Positions 52,689 through 64,000 of a DNA stretch of 64,000 nt are shown here, in pieces; positions within the stretch are counted from its first letter, which is position 1, and every line of letters begins with the position of its first letter. This stretch comes from Octopus sinensis. Lineage: Eukaryota. The notes beneath the pieces were generated by a model that was given only the letters and a program-made list of their open reading frames with translations, was not told where the DNA came from and did no database searches. The DNA lies in the NCBI RefSeq assembly GCF_006345805.1, contig NC_043004.1:34720001-34784000 (forward strand). The letters run 5' to 3'. Position numbers and translations under genes: made by a program.

Positions 52689-52846
52689 GGGAGAGTTTAT
52701 GAAAAAAACAAAAGACAAAGATAGGTGGTGAACAAAACAAACAGATGTATTAGTATAACGCTCAGGAATAGACAAAGTCTTTTACGTTTCGAGCCTACAC
52801 TCTTCTACAGAAAGGGACACAGAAAAAAACAAGGAGAGAAAAAATG
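52689..52846 (-). mobile_element. Short hammerhead-bearing element embedded in (TA)n
   Basis: (TA)n on both sides; shares 'ttcctgagcgt' downstream of the ribozyme with 54675-55007. Confidence 0.6.
52779..52814 (-). ncRNA. Minimal hammerhead variant with A6U core change
   Basis: Minus: CTTT-CTGTAGA-A-GAG-TGTAGG-CTC-GAAA-CGTA/AAAG. Confidence 0.55.
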
Positions 52847-53136
52847 TATATATATATAGGTATACACATACATATAATATATACATACATAACCACATAC
52901 ACACACACACACATATGGTATTTAGTGAAAAAAATGACAATATTGAAAGTAGACTTAAGTTATTTCTTCAATTCTGAGATGGCTTTTACTTTGAACCTTT
53001 CAAAACTAATCACAATTTAGGTTTGAAGGAACAGTCATCACCGATATGGAGTACACACACACACACACATAATCATACACATAAATACACACACAGTATA
53101 CATATACATACAAATGCATATACACACACATACACT

Positions 53137-53198
53137 CAAGCAGGAGAACCCAGTCATGGCTGTCAGATAATTTCTGCGACCACGTCACCCCTAACATG
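53137..53198 (+). mobile_element. Small DD37D transposase fragment
   Basis: Matches 50345-50410 (ggagaacccagtcatgg..gacc acgtcacccctaacat). Confidence 0.7.
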
Positions 53199-53967
53199 TG
53201 TGAGTGTATGTGTCCTGGTACCATGTAAAAAGCACCCAGAACACTTTGTTAAGTGGTTGGCATTAGGAAGGCCGTATATTGCTGAATTTGCATAATACTG
53301 TAAATGTAATATTTTTGCACTGTTGATTCAGGTTTAGTCACACATAAAAACCAAGCCATATTTAACCTATCAATAATATGATTTTAATAAGAACATTTTA
53401 CAATGATGTGATTCCAGGGTTGAGCTTACAGTGTTGTACTCTACACAATACACTAGTCTTTGTTTGATCAAAGTTAATCTACTAAATATCTCAGATACAT
53501 CAGCTAATAGGTATGTATCAAACTTTGGCTAAAATAATAAATAGTGGAACCCTTGTTTTCATTTTGATTCCTCTTCCCTGTGGTTTGATTTTAATACATT
53601 GGCCCTTCACAGCAGCCATTGAATCCCCAGTGGAATGCACAACAAATAAGCTAATGGCTAACAGATTGTGTATCACATTCTGCCATGACAAATGGCTTAT
53701 ACACAGTGGCCCTTCACAGTTGTAGCTTAGTCCATAAAAATAATTATAATTTGATCAAATGTTTTTATTAAATTTAAAATCCCTTTATAACAGGCCCCAG
53801 ATTAGCTTAATCCAAATCTGCCTAGATTAAGTCAGCATTGGTTAACCCATGGTTGTAAAGTGGAATCAAACTTGGAGCCACATGGTTATGAAGTTATCTC
53901 CCACATACTAAAACCTGTGACCTGGTCATTGCATGTTACAGAATCATTTTTGACTGGATCCTTAATA

Positions 53968-54075
53968 GGTGCAGCCATGGCTATTTGGTAAGAAGTTTGC
54001 TTCCCAACCACATGGTTCCAAGTTCAGTCCTGCTGTGTGGCACCTTGGGCAAGTGTCTTTTACTATAGCCTTGGC
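53968..54075 (+). mobile_element. SINE family B head
   Basis: 'ccaaccacatggttccaagttcagtcctgctgtgtggcaccttgggcaagtgtc'. Confidence 0.75.
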
Positions 54076-54485
54076 ATTAGAGTGCTTGCTCCATGGTTTA
54101 ATAGTTTGAATGTATTTTAGGAATTCCAATGTGATCTCTGATTTACATGACTCTTGGGAGTCATTAAAGTTGTTAATCCATTACTGGAAATTCCAGAATT
54201 TGAAAATCTTCAAAATGTCTTTTAGTAAGAGAAGCATGCCTCACAGCATATTCCTGAAAAGCAGTGTCCTGGGATTTGAAGATGTTTTATGGAGCTGACA
54301 AACTTAAACTGAAAGCATAATTGTCAAGTTTGCTTTAGTGAAAAGTCTAATGTTGCCAAATAGGTGTTGGCATGGCTTTGTGATCGTTAAAAAATCCTCT
54401 TCCAAACCATGTGATTCCAGTTTAGTGCCTCTCAGCAGCACTTTTGGAAAGTGTCTTCTACAATTGCCCTGGGCCTTGTCAGAGA

Positions 54486-54536
<51 letters not shown>

Positions 54537-54674
54537 ATTGGTATCTGAAAGACCCAAAGAGTGTCAGATAATGCTAAGTGCTATGAACAGTCTGTAGTTA
54601 AACTCTTGGTTCGATAATGATACAAGTGAGGAGTCTAATGTAGGTCATGTATTATACAGAATGAGATAACAAAG

Positions 54675-55007
54675 CCAAGACTGTGAGGAATTTTCAGGAC
54701 ATTTATAATGAAATTGTCTTACAGCTGTTTCCCAGAATATCCCAGAAACAGCTGTAAGACTATTTCATTATAAATGTCCAGAAAACTCCTCGCAGCCTGG
54801 GATTTGTTCTCGTGTGTACCGTTGGCGATTTCTTTTCCTCTGTCTTCCCTTCTCGGGATCTTTCCTTCTCCTATGTTTCTGACGAAGAGCTCCGCTCGAA
54901 ACGTTAAACCCTCCGTCTTCCCTTCTTTCCTGAGCGTCCAATAATACTATATTTGTTCCACGTCCTCGCGTTGTTGTTTTTTTTGTGTTTTCTTGTTTGG
55001 ATTAACT
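54675..55007 (+). mobile_element. Hammerhead-bearing element with a 5' hairpin
   Basis: Arms 54675-54731 and 54745-54800 with a 13-nt loop; T-rich 3' tail runs into (TA)n. Confidence 0.7.
54875..54909 (+). ncRNA. Minimal type I hammerhead (dimer type)
   Basis: GTTT-CTGACGA-A-GAGC-TCC-GCTC-GAAA-CGTT/AAAC. Confidence 0.75.
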
Positions 55008-55093
55008 ATATATATATATATATATATAAATTAGAAAAACCCCACCTTTTATCAATTCAAAATGAAAAATTAAATTACACCATCTAAAAAATT

Positions 55094-55137
<44 letters not shown>

Positions 55138-55159
55138 ATATATACACATACATATATAT

Positions 55160-55292
55160 ATCATTATCATTTTATGTCCATTTTATGTCCATTGGACGAT
55201 TTGACTGAAAGCTAGGTTCTGCTCTGATTTGGTATAGTTTCTATGGCTGGATGCCCTTCCTAACACCAACCACTCCAAGATTGTAGTTGGTG
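55160..55292 (-). mobile_element. SINE-like family A fragment
   Basis: 'ctatggctggatgcccttcctaacaccaaccactcc'. Confidence 0.65.
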
Positions 55293-55683
55293 TTTTCTAG
55301 AGAAGACTAGAAACTTTATTTAACATAACAATCATTTTGGCTGCCTTCGGCACTGCTCACTAATGGGTGGGGAATGATGTAATGACATCAAATGCATCAC
55401 ACAGTGCTCAGAGTGTCATCAGGTGACATAATATGCTTCAAAAGATATAAGATTTACATTTCACACCAAGTTAGATGCTGGTGGTATTATGGTGTGTTGT
55501 TAGTAGTTCAAATACATTGGTGAAGTGAGGATACTTGTGGTCAGAAAGAGGTTGATATACATATACACACATTTGGAACCAGTTTAATAAATGTCCAGTC
55601 ATAGTGTAACCAAGGGCTTCCCGTTCATAAAGTGCTAAGTCTTATACACAGCTCATCAGATGCATTGAGTCTGATGAGCTGTT

Positions 55684-55965
55684 GTCATCATCATCATCAT
55701 CATTTTTGTATCTCTTTTCCATGTTGGCATGAGTTGGATGATGTGACCAGAGCTGGCAAGCTGGAGGAGATGCAGCAGACTCCAGTCTTACTTGGCATGG
55801 TTTCTACTGCTGGATGCCCTTCCTGATGCCAACCACTTTACTGAGAGCAATAGGTGCTTTAACATAGCACTGCACAGGCACTCTTACATGGCACCACACA
55901 GGCACTTTTACATGGAAACTGCACGAGTGTTTTTACGTGGCACCACCACAAGTGCTTTTCACTAC
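55684..55965 (-). mobile_element. SINE-like family A
   Basis: (ATC)n tail plus body. Confidence 0.7.
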
Positions 55966-56167
55966 CAGAGAGACCAATATATATATATATTTATATATAT
56001 ATAGTGACGTATTTTTGCCATTTCAATATGGCTAACCCCTAAGGGTGGATGCTACTGTAGTTTTTAGCCCCAGGAGGACACACTCCTCCAGCTGGCCATA
56101 GACACACTTTCTGTGTCCTGTCAGTATTTGCAAAGGGAAGTCATCCTCCCGTCTTCAACTTATGATA

Positions 56168-56212
56168 CACACGGACTCGAGTTTCGAGGTATTGACCTCT
56201 CATCAGCGTGTG
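56168..56212 (-). ncRNA. Canonical type I hammerhead ribozyme
   Basis: Minus: CACACG-CTGATGA-GAGG-TCAATA-CCTC-GAAA-C-TCGA-G-TC/CGTGTG; stem I extends past an internal loop (CAACTATGAT/ATCATAAGTTG); predicted cut between 56174 and 56173. Confidence 0.92.
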
Positions 56213-56552
56213 AAATCATAGTTGTCGCCGAGAATTAGATCTCCTCCACAAATACTTATACTTTTTCCAGCGCCCACTGTCGCTGATATTGAAAAAGTGA
56301 AATCAAACAATGATAAATATCAAAGTGAGTTATAACTGTAGCGGTAACAACATCGTGACGTATTTTTGCCATTTCAATATGGCTAACCCCTAAGGGTTAA
56401 AATACGTCACGATGTGTTACCGCTACTGTATATAACTCACTTTGATATTTATCATTGTTTGATTTCACTTTTTCAATATCAGCGACAGTGGGCGCTGAAA
56501 AAGTATAAGTATTTGTGAAGGAGATCTAATTCTCGGCGACAACTATGATTGT

Positions 56553-56598
56553 CACACGCTGACGAGCGAGTCAATACCTCGAAACTCGAGTCCGTGTG
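56553..56598 (+). ncRNA. Type I hammerhead ribozyme, stem II altered
   Basis: CACACG-CTGACGA-GCGAGTCAATACCTC-GAAA-CTCGAG-TC/CGTGTG. Confidence 0.8.
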
Positions 56599-56813
56599 TA
56601 TCATAAGTTGAAGACGGGAAGGATGACTTCCCTTTGCAATACTGACAGACACAGAAAGTGTGTCTATGGCCAGCTGGAGGAGTGTGTCCTCCTGGGGCTA
56701 AAAACTACAGTAGCATCCACCCTAGGGTTTAGCCATATTGAAATGGCAAAAATACGTCCACGATGTGTTACCGCTACTGTATATAACTCACTTTGATATT
56801 TACATTGCTATAT

Positions 56814-56844
<31 letters not shown>

Positions 56845-56865
56845 TATATATAATAAATAAATATA

Positions 56866-57247
56866 AGAGAGTGGTCACTATATTGCTCACTCTAGCACCA
56901 TTAATCCAAAAGGTTTCAACCACGAAAATACATGTTTCCCATGAAAGCCAGTACGACTGTTAGCTCACACGGACAGGGCAAGTAAAAAATAACAAAAATA
57001 CAGATTATTTTGGGACATTGTTTCGCTATTAATGAATTAAATGTAGATTACTTACAAAAAAATCCATTTGTAGCTCGTCAGCCAAGACTATCTGGATGAA
57101 ATCCACTCAATCACACGCCAGATTTTACCATAACGATAAATACGCGTGTGGTTCAATTGATTACATCCGACGTTATAATTCAAATGCCCCAACCAACAGC
57201 GCGCCAAACTTACACGGAAAAACAAATACAGCTTTAGGAATGGTGTA

Positions 57248-57248
<1 letters not shown>
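56866..57248 (-). mobile_element. CpG-retaining hammerhead-bearing element between (TA)n tracts
   Basis: ~380-bp high-complexity block bounded by TA repeats; contains the hammerhead at 57010-57085. Confidence 0.6.
57010..57085 (-). ncRNA. Type I hammerhead with a long, interrupted stem II
   Basis: Minus: TTGG-CTGACGA-GCTA-[CAAATGGATT..AATCTACATTTAATTCATTAA]-TAGC-GAAA-C-AAT-G-TC/CCAA. Confidence 0.7.
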
Positions 57249-57477
<229 letters not shown>

Positions 57478-57665
57478 GGCAAGCTGGCAGAATCGTAAGG
57501 CAGGGAGCTGGCAGAATCGTTAGCACACCAGGTGAAATGCTTACCAGTATTTTGTATCCGGTTAGGTTTTGAGTTCAAATTCCGCCAAGGTCAACTCTGC
57601 CTTTCATCCTTTCAGGGCCAATAAAATTATTACCATTCATGTACTGGGGTTGATGCAATTGACTT
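57478..57665 (+). mobile_element. tRNA-derived SINE family C with a duplicated head
   Basis: 'agctggcagaatcgt' occurs twice, followed by the family C body. Confidence 0.8.
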
Positions 57666-57677
57666 AAAAAAGAGATA

Positions 57678-58035
57678 TATGCAGGAGTGGCTGTGCGGTA
57701 AGTAGTTTGCTTACCAACCACATGGCTTCGGGTTCAGTCCCACTGAGTGGCATCTTGGGCAAGTGTCTTCTGCTATAGCCTCTGTGAGTGGATTTGATAA
57801 GCAGGAACTGAAAGAAGCCTGTCATATATTGTGTGTGTGTGTGTGTTTGTCCCCCCCCCAACATCGCTTGACAACTGATGCTGGTGTGTTTTCGTCCCTA
57901 TAACTTAGTGATTTGGCAAAAGAGACCAATAGAATAAGTACTAGGCTTACAAAGATTAAGTCCTGCAGTCGATTTGTTCGACTAAAGGCAGTGCTCCAGC
58001 ATGGCCGCAGTCAAATGACTACAACAAATAAAAGA
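57678..58035 (+). mobile_element. tRNA-derived SINE family B (near full length)
   Basis: Head to tail. Confidence 0.9.
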
Positions 58036-59008
58036 ATACATACATATATATATATATAATCCAAAATGAGGGAGTGAAGCAAGTAAAGTCTAGGCTCCAT
58101 ATGTTAATTAGCTAATGATTGTTCTTATTGAAAAGGGTGTCATTTTACTTAGATAAAAATGCTAAGCTCACGTTATGGAGTATGCTACTACCCACTTCAC
58201 TGTTTACTTTTCATACAGCTGGTGTCCCTGGATAATATTCTTCAGTCATTCTTTTGTATTTAGGAAGGAAATTTGTCTGTTATTTGCCGAACACAACAAA
58301 AGTTGCAATTCAGCAAGCATTAACAACCAAGATTAACATTTAGTTATCAGAAATTTATAAACAAAATAAATTTAAGAGCAAGACTGCATGATATTCTTGT
58401 GTTCCATTAGGTGAGAAAGGGAATTAATGAAGAAAATGAAAAAAAAAGAAACAAAATGGTAAAAATGTACTTTCTTGAAAATCTTTGCTTGTTTTGTGTC
58501 TGTACGGTCTGTATATTGACTTTGTTCCTATGTCACAAGATCTATTCTTCAACAACGTCTATCTCACTACAATAGTCTACTCCATCGCAAGCAACCAGCA
58601 TGGGACATCAATGAAGAGAAAATTAATTGAAAAATCTTCCCCAAATAAGATGAATTAAAAAAGAACAAATCTTTTTTTTTTCTAAATACACTTTAAAGAA
58701 ATTTACAAATCTATCAAATGTTGGAAGATTTAGTGTTTTGGTGAGATGTTAATGCTTCGTAAGAAACAGTCTAATGGAAGTTGAGGTCACCAAGTTATTT
58801 TTAAACATCAATCTACAGTGTGTTTGTACTTCTATGAATGTACATAAGTATTAACTTTAATTTTTATACATCAGTTTATATCTTTTTTTTCTTTGTATTT
58901 GTACATATGCATATACATACATATATATGCACATATCATGTCTTATTTTTTAAAATGATTTATCATATATGTGTGTATGTGTATATATGTATATATATAT
59001 ATATATAT

Positions 59009-59067
<59 letters not shown>

Positions 59068-59131
59068 TGTGCATATGTATATATATGTTTGTATATATCT
59101 ATGTATGTATTTATGTATACATGTATGTATT

Positions 59132-59166
<35 letters not shown>

Positions 59167-59169
59167 TTG

Positions 59170-59272
59170 TTTTTATGTTCAGTTATAATAAAACTATTCT
59201 TACACTAATCTGATGGGCTACTCTATACTTTTGTAGAGTATGAATTATATTAATCTTAAACAATAACATTCT
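59170..59272 (-). repeat. Fragment of the 23652-23812 family
   Basis: 'ttttatgttcagttataataaaac..tctgatgggctactctatacttttgtagagtatgaatt'. Confidence 0.6.
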
Positions 59273-60374
59273 TAAGAATAACGTGTTTGTGTGTATAAGT
59301 GTTTCAAGAGGGCAAAAAGTAGCACCTGAAAAAGAAAGGTATGTCACCACCAGCACCACCACCACTACCACCACCATCACCATCATCATCATATATTTAC
59401 ATGAAGAAGAACAAAGCTACATGTACTGAAAGCCACTTCTTTCGCTTGTAACAGTTTCATTCTTATATAATTATTAGCAAATTATCATTAATCAAGGAAA
59501 ACACTTTAATCATTGCAAAATTAGTTTAATATGGAATTTCCCCTCAGCTTTATCAGCTTTCGAAAGTCTCATTAGCTACTTTAATTTCCTCGTTACTTTC
59601 ATTATTCATTCATTTATTTTGTAACTTAATTGATTATTTAACTTTTCAAGTTTCGGTGTCAGTTCAAAGAGTTATTGCCAGGATAATAACAATAAAAATG
59701 AAAACCATTTCTTGTGTTTGGCTGTTTTTAAAAATATTTTTCAAAGATTGTTTTGTTTTTTGTTTGTTGTTTGTTGTATGTATTTTCTTTTTTTTTTTCC
59801 TCTCGTTCTACTTACTGAAATGTGGAGATCAATGACCTTTTTCATTCACTAAACTAAACCAATACCTATAATACAATCATAATAATAACATTTTTTGGAA
59901 ACAAAAGCATTCTAAAAGACAAAAAAAGCAAGAAGTTTATGTTTGTTTGTTTGTTTTGTGATTGTGTTTTGTTTGTTTTTTTTTGTATTTGGAGTTTGTC
60001 TTAGTTTTATCTATTCATTCATTTGTAATATAAAAGTCATTAATTCTGCTGAGTCCGTCTTCATTGTCTTCACAGAGAGCGAAAAAAAAAAGAATAAATT
60101 AATAAATAAATAAATAAATAAAATGGGGAAAGATCAAATGAGGGAGGTGAGTAAGTAAATGAGTGAGAAAAAAAAGAGAGAAGAAAATAAAGAAGGAAAA
60201 TGATAGTGAAAGAGTGACATATTAAACAGGAAAGAGGAGGAGGAGGAAGGAGAAGAAGAAAGACAATGAAACAAAGAATGAAAGAGTAAAAACAATTAGA
60301 AAGATAGACCAAATGAAAGAAGGAAAAATGTTACAGAGAGATAGAGAGAAAGGGGGAGGCAGACAGAGAATGAG

Positions 60375-60417
<43 letters not shown>

Positions 60418-60742
60418 TAGAACAAAATGAATTATGAAAGAAAGATGTTAGACATGATTAAAGAGAAAGAGAGAATATACAAGAGAGGAAAACGAGGAAG
60501 TTAATCATAAAACTATATCTGATGGTTAGTGTAAAATTATAGTGACATATCATAGATATTTACAACCATTTCAATGGTATGTAAGTATTTTGATTTATGC
60601 AGCCAAGCATATAAATTGCAGATTGTTTATTTGTGTTCCTCCAACAAACAGCTGAGTCAGACTGAAGATGTAGAGTCAGAGGACTACAACCACATGTCTA
60701 CATTTGCTGAGTTTATGCTAACTGGATAGGGGTTTTATTTAA

Positions 60743-60962
60743 CCATTTAGTGTTCAGATTATTCTGTCAAATGTGATGTTTGTTTATTGAAAATGGTTTG
60801 AATTAATCCTGCGTTATCTTGTAGTTTAGAGATTTCAGTGATGTGATTTTTCAGTTTTAGAATGACATGGTAGGGCTGAGGTGAGAGGCAAGATCTGGTC
60901 AGTTTCAATATAAAACAGGTTAAATATTTTGGCCGGATATGGCTGGTTTGAATGCTAAAGGG
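60743..60962. mobile_element. piggyBac-type MITE
   Basis: TTAA on both flanks; imperfect TIR ccatttagtgttca / tgaatgctaaaggg. Confidence 0.7.
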
Positions 60963-61274
60963 TTAAATCAGTTTTAAACCATTTGACAGAACAACAATTG
61001 TTTGCAGTTTCAACTGGAGGAGTCTCAACTAAGTCTCTATGTCATGACAAGAGTGCAGAAATGTAAGGTATCAGATGTTCAGCTGATAAGGTGTGAGTCC
61101 TTGTCTAACATGTAAGGTTTTGATTCATATACTAAACTCAGGAGATGCTACATTGGGTGACACATGAGGCAGTGAAAATATCTAAGCAAAATTGGTAAAC
61201 AGTCACACACAGTCCATTATTCTGATGTATGTTTATCAGCAGAAAGTCCCTCAAACATTTGGTGTTGGGACATT

Positions 61275-61580
61275 CCTTGCATTATTGCCCCTAAGGGTTC
61301 CACTTAAGGACTTGGTCAGCAACTCTATCCATCAGGATTCTTAGAACATATCCCAGCCGATTGAGTCAGCGCTTGCAGATGGTGATGGACACCAGGAAGG
61401 GGTGGGGGCATTGGTCTGCTCTTTCTCTGACCTCCTCCTTACAGATAAAGTCATTCTTTTGATGCCAAGAATTTTCCAGACATGCCTGCTGTTAAAAGTG
61501 TCCAGTTTCTTTTCTTAGCTGGTTTTCAGATACGATATATAATTCATCAGTTTATACTGTTGGAGAATAGGAACCAGGTG
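61275..61580 (-). pseudogene. RTE-type LINE ORF C-terminal fragment
   Basis: KLDTFNSRHVWKILGIK.. resembles 'KLDAFDSRCLRRILGIKW'; decayed. Confidence 0.55.
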
Positions 61581-61974
61581 TAAGTGGGATTGAAGTTATT
61601 TGTGATAAGACTATCCAAAATGATTAAGAGAAAAGTGAAATCAAGTAAAAACACAGAGGCTAACTCCAATTAAAGAACGAACCAACTCAGTGGATGATTT
61701 TTCCTTTGAATGTAGACATGGTTATGTGGTGGAGAGATACACTTGTCAACCACGTGCTCCTAGGTTTCAGGTCTAATATCACTTCATAGAAGCTTAGGCA
61801 ATATTTTCTATCTTGGGTTGACCCAATGCTTTATGAGTGGAATTTGGTAGACGTAAGTGTACAGTGATGGAAGATAATCAGAGACTGAGTCATTTAGAAC
61901 CTGCAACCATCAACACCATTTTTCATAAGTTGTGATGTAAAAATATAACTATATAAGTGCAGACATGATAAGGT

Positions 61975-62130
61975 TCAGCTGTGGGTTTGTGGCTATGAAA
62001 CTTGCTTCCCAACTATGTGGTCCCATGTTCAGTTCCACTGTGTGGTGCCTTGGCAAAATATCTCTTATTTTAGTCTATGCGCTGCCCAATGTCTTTTGAG
62101 CAGATTTAGTAGATGGAAACCGAAAGAAGT
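61975..62130 (+). mobile_element. SINE family B head (old)
   Basis: 'cttgcttcccaactatgtggtcccatgttcagttccactgtgtggtgccttgg'. Confidence 0.65.
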
Positions 62131-62484
62131 TCATTCTTATAGCCTTTCTTTACTTTGTGGAATTGATCCCTTGTAAAGACATTGGAGTCTAAGACTAAAT
62201 CTTTTGAGTGTCGTCTATATTGAGAATATCTGGATCTCATTTGTGAGCTGTATGTGTGTGTGTTTATAAGGATACACACCACAGAAAGACAGAATGGGCT
62301 AAACAGAGCAAGAGGAGACACATGAGATGAAGAGTGACTGAAGAGGTCACAGGAGGTGTGACAGAAGATTTTCTGACAAAGGACATAAAATAGTAACGAT
62401 AATAATTCAGAAGTGAAGAACAAATATGCAGTATGTGTATTTATTTGGCAAAAGATAAAAATGATCATCCTGAAATATATTACA

Positions 62485-62872
62485 GGTGTAGCTGTAGGAT
62501 AAGAAGCTTACTTTCCAACCACATGGTTCTGGGTTCAGTCTGACTGAATGGCACCTTGGGCAAGTGTCTTCTACTATAGTCTCCAGCTGACCAAGGTTTT
62601 GTGAGTGGATTTGGTAGACAGAAACTGAAAGAAGCCTGTCGCATATATATATATATATATATATATGTGTGCATGTCTTTGCATCAGGGTTTGTCTCACC
62701 ATCACCACTTGACAACTGGTGTTGGTGTGTTTATGTCTCCGTAACTTAGTGGTTCTGCAAAAGAGACCGATAGAATAAGTACTAGGATCGATTTGTTTGA
62801 TTAAAATCCTTCAAGGCAGTGCTCCTACATGGCCACAGTCTAATGAATGAAACAAGTAAAAGAATAAAAGAA
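62485..62872 (+). mobile_element. tRNA-derived SINE family B
   Basis: Head to tail with internal (TA)n. Confidence 0.85.
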
Positions 62873-63084
62873 TATACATGTACATATGTGTGTGTGTGTG
62901 TGTACATATATATGATATATGTATGTATGTATTCTTTTATTCACTTCAGCCATGCAGCAGTGGTCATGCTGGAGCATGTCCTTGTCCAAACATCGTGTGA
63001 TGGTTGTACATTAAGATCATTGTCATGCATGCCGGGTTATTTGTTTCTAGCCTTCTATGAAAGATACATCTGACAAAATGCTTA

Positions 63085-63200
63085 TAACCATGCTTGGAAA
63101 CAGCTGATAGGAAAGGCATCCCAGCCACAGAAAAATCTGACTCAACAAGTTAGATGTGCCCAATATAAGCTTGGTAAAATGAATGCTAAAGGATGATGAA
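63085..63200 (+). mobile_element. Family A-related 3' end (old)
   Basis: 'ggaaaggcatcccagccacagaaaaatctg..gctaaaggatgatga'. Confidence 0.5.
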
Positions 63201-64000
63201 AATAAAAGTGATTTAGTGAAATTATATTTGACTGTATTGTGTCCTTTTATAAGTTTCCAGGTTCCATTCCATACAAATGTACCTCATGAATGTTTTGGTG
63301 AGTACCAAAAAGTAGTACTCCTTCCGTTTTGTCTCAGATGCTTGTTGTAAAACATGTGAACAACACTAAGTCATTCTTCCCTGTTTCTTAAAATTCTTCA
63401 ATACCATCTTCCAAGAGAAACCAGTTGGCACCATACTGGTGAACACACTGTGAGGCACCATTACTCTCATAACAAAGAATTTTCATGAAAGCTAATTTAG
63501 CAACTTTTTTTTGCAGAAATATCTGAAGATACCAAAATTGTAGCCTTGTGCTTATGTTAGGAATCAATAATATATTTATTTATCCAACCTGTACACAAGG
63601 AAATTGAATTATTTTCTTTACGGAAGGAAATGCCCTCAGAAGTGTTTGAAAATATAATTTTAATAACATAAACAGACATTTTGTGCAATGATTGTGTGTA
63701 ATGCTTATAACACAGTGTGATTTTATTGTTATTTTATACTGGCAGCTAGAGATGGCTGAGTTGATAATCTATTAGACAAACAATTATTAAATGCTGGCCT
63801 ATATTATTGATAGAAAGCTGCCCTCCATCCCTGGTGAAGATGTGTAGCCAAGACACAGGACAGAATAGCTATATGTAGAATACTATATGTTGAGGCAGCA
63901 CTGTAAACTAGAACAGCGATTCATTGTTGTTCAGCACTAGGACCACATTAGTTGAGTATACCTATGATCAAAGGCATTCCAGTCCTGACCATCCCGTCTT

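Larger units (their letters stand above)
56004..56806. mobile_element. ~351-bp hammerhead-bearing unit in tandem-plus-inverted arrangement (retrozyme/pLTR-like)
   Basis: Left array 56004-56396 (period 351); right array ~56399-56806 is its reverse complement (period 350); (TA)n on both flanks. Confidence 0.9.

Noticed and set aside
55648-55682. Perfect 13-bp hairpin containing CTGATGAG
   Set aside because: No GAAA/NUH half on either strand; noted only as a small inverted repeat.
60662-60698. CTGAAGA-TGTAG..CTACA-ACCACATGTC as a hammerhead
   Set aside because: GAAA is replaced at three positions and stem I is absent; too degenerate to call.

Overview
AT-rich eukaryotic (animal) genomic DNA, dense in microsatellites and transposon debris. 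The repeat repertoire looks like an octopus/cephalopod genome; this is inferred from my recall of the SINE-like families and was not verified. I could not support any intact host gene, exon chain or RNA gene. Nearly all ORFs in the track are artefacts of microsatellites, SINEs or decayed transposases and reverse transcriptases. Recognisable components: three abundant SINE-like families; decayed non-LTR retrotransposons (R4/Dong-type RLE, CR1/L2, RTE); a decayed Penelope-like element (RT + GIY-YIG, ~5300-6800, minus); Tc1/mariner fragments (DD37D/maT-type and mariner); a complete non-autonomous Helitron; and a piggyBac-type MITE. The most striking signal is 12 type-I hammerhead ribozyme motifs (about 7 with an intact CUGANGA/GAAA/NUH core) in at least 7 different short non-coding element families. 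Most have a self-complementary stem III (dimer-type). Most elements carry an inverted copy of part of themselves on their 5' side and sit in or next to (TA)n tracts. One is headed by a tRNA-like Pol III promoter, and one is a ~351-bp tandem, retrozyme-like unit. Together these suggest a diverse set of non-autonomous, ribozyme-bearing elements mobilised by Penelope-like retroelements.
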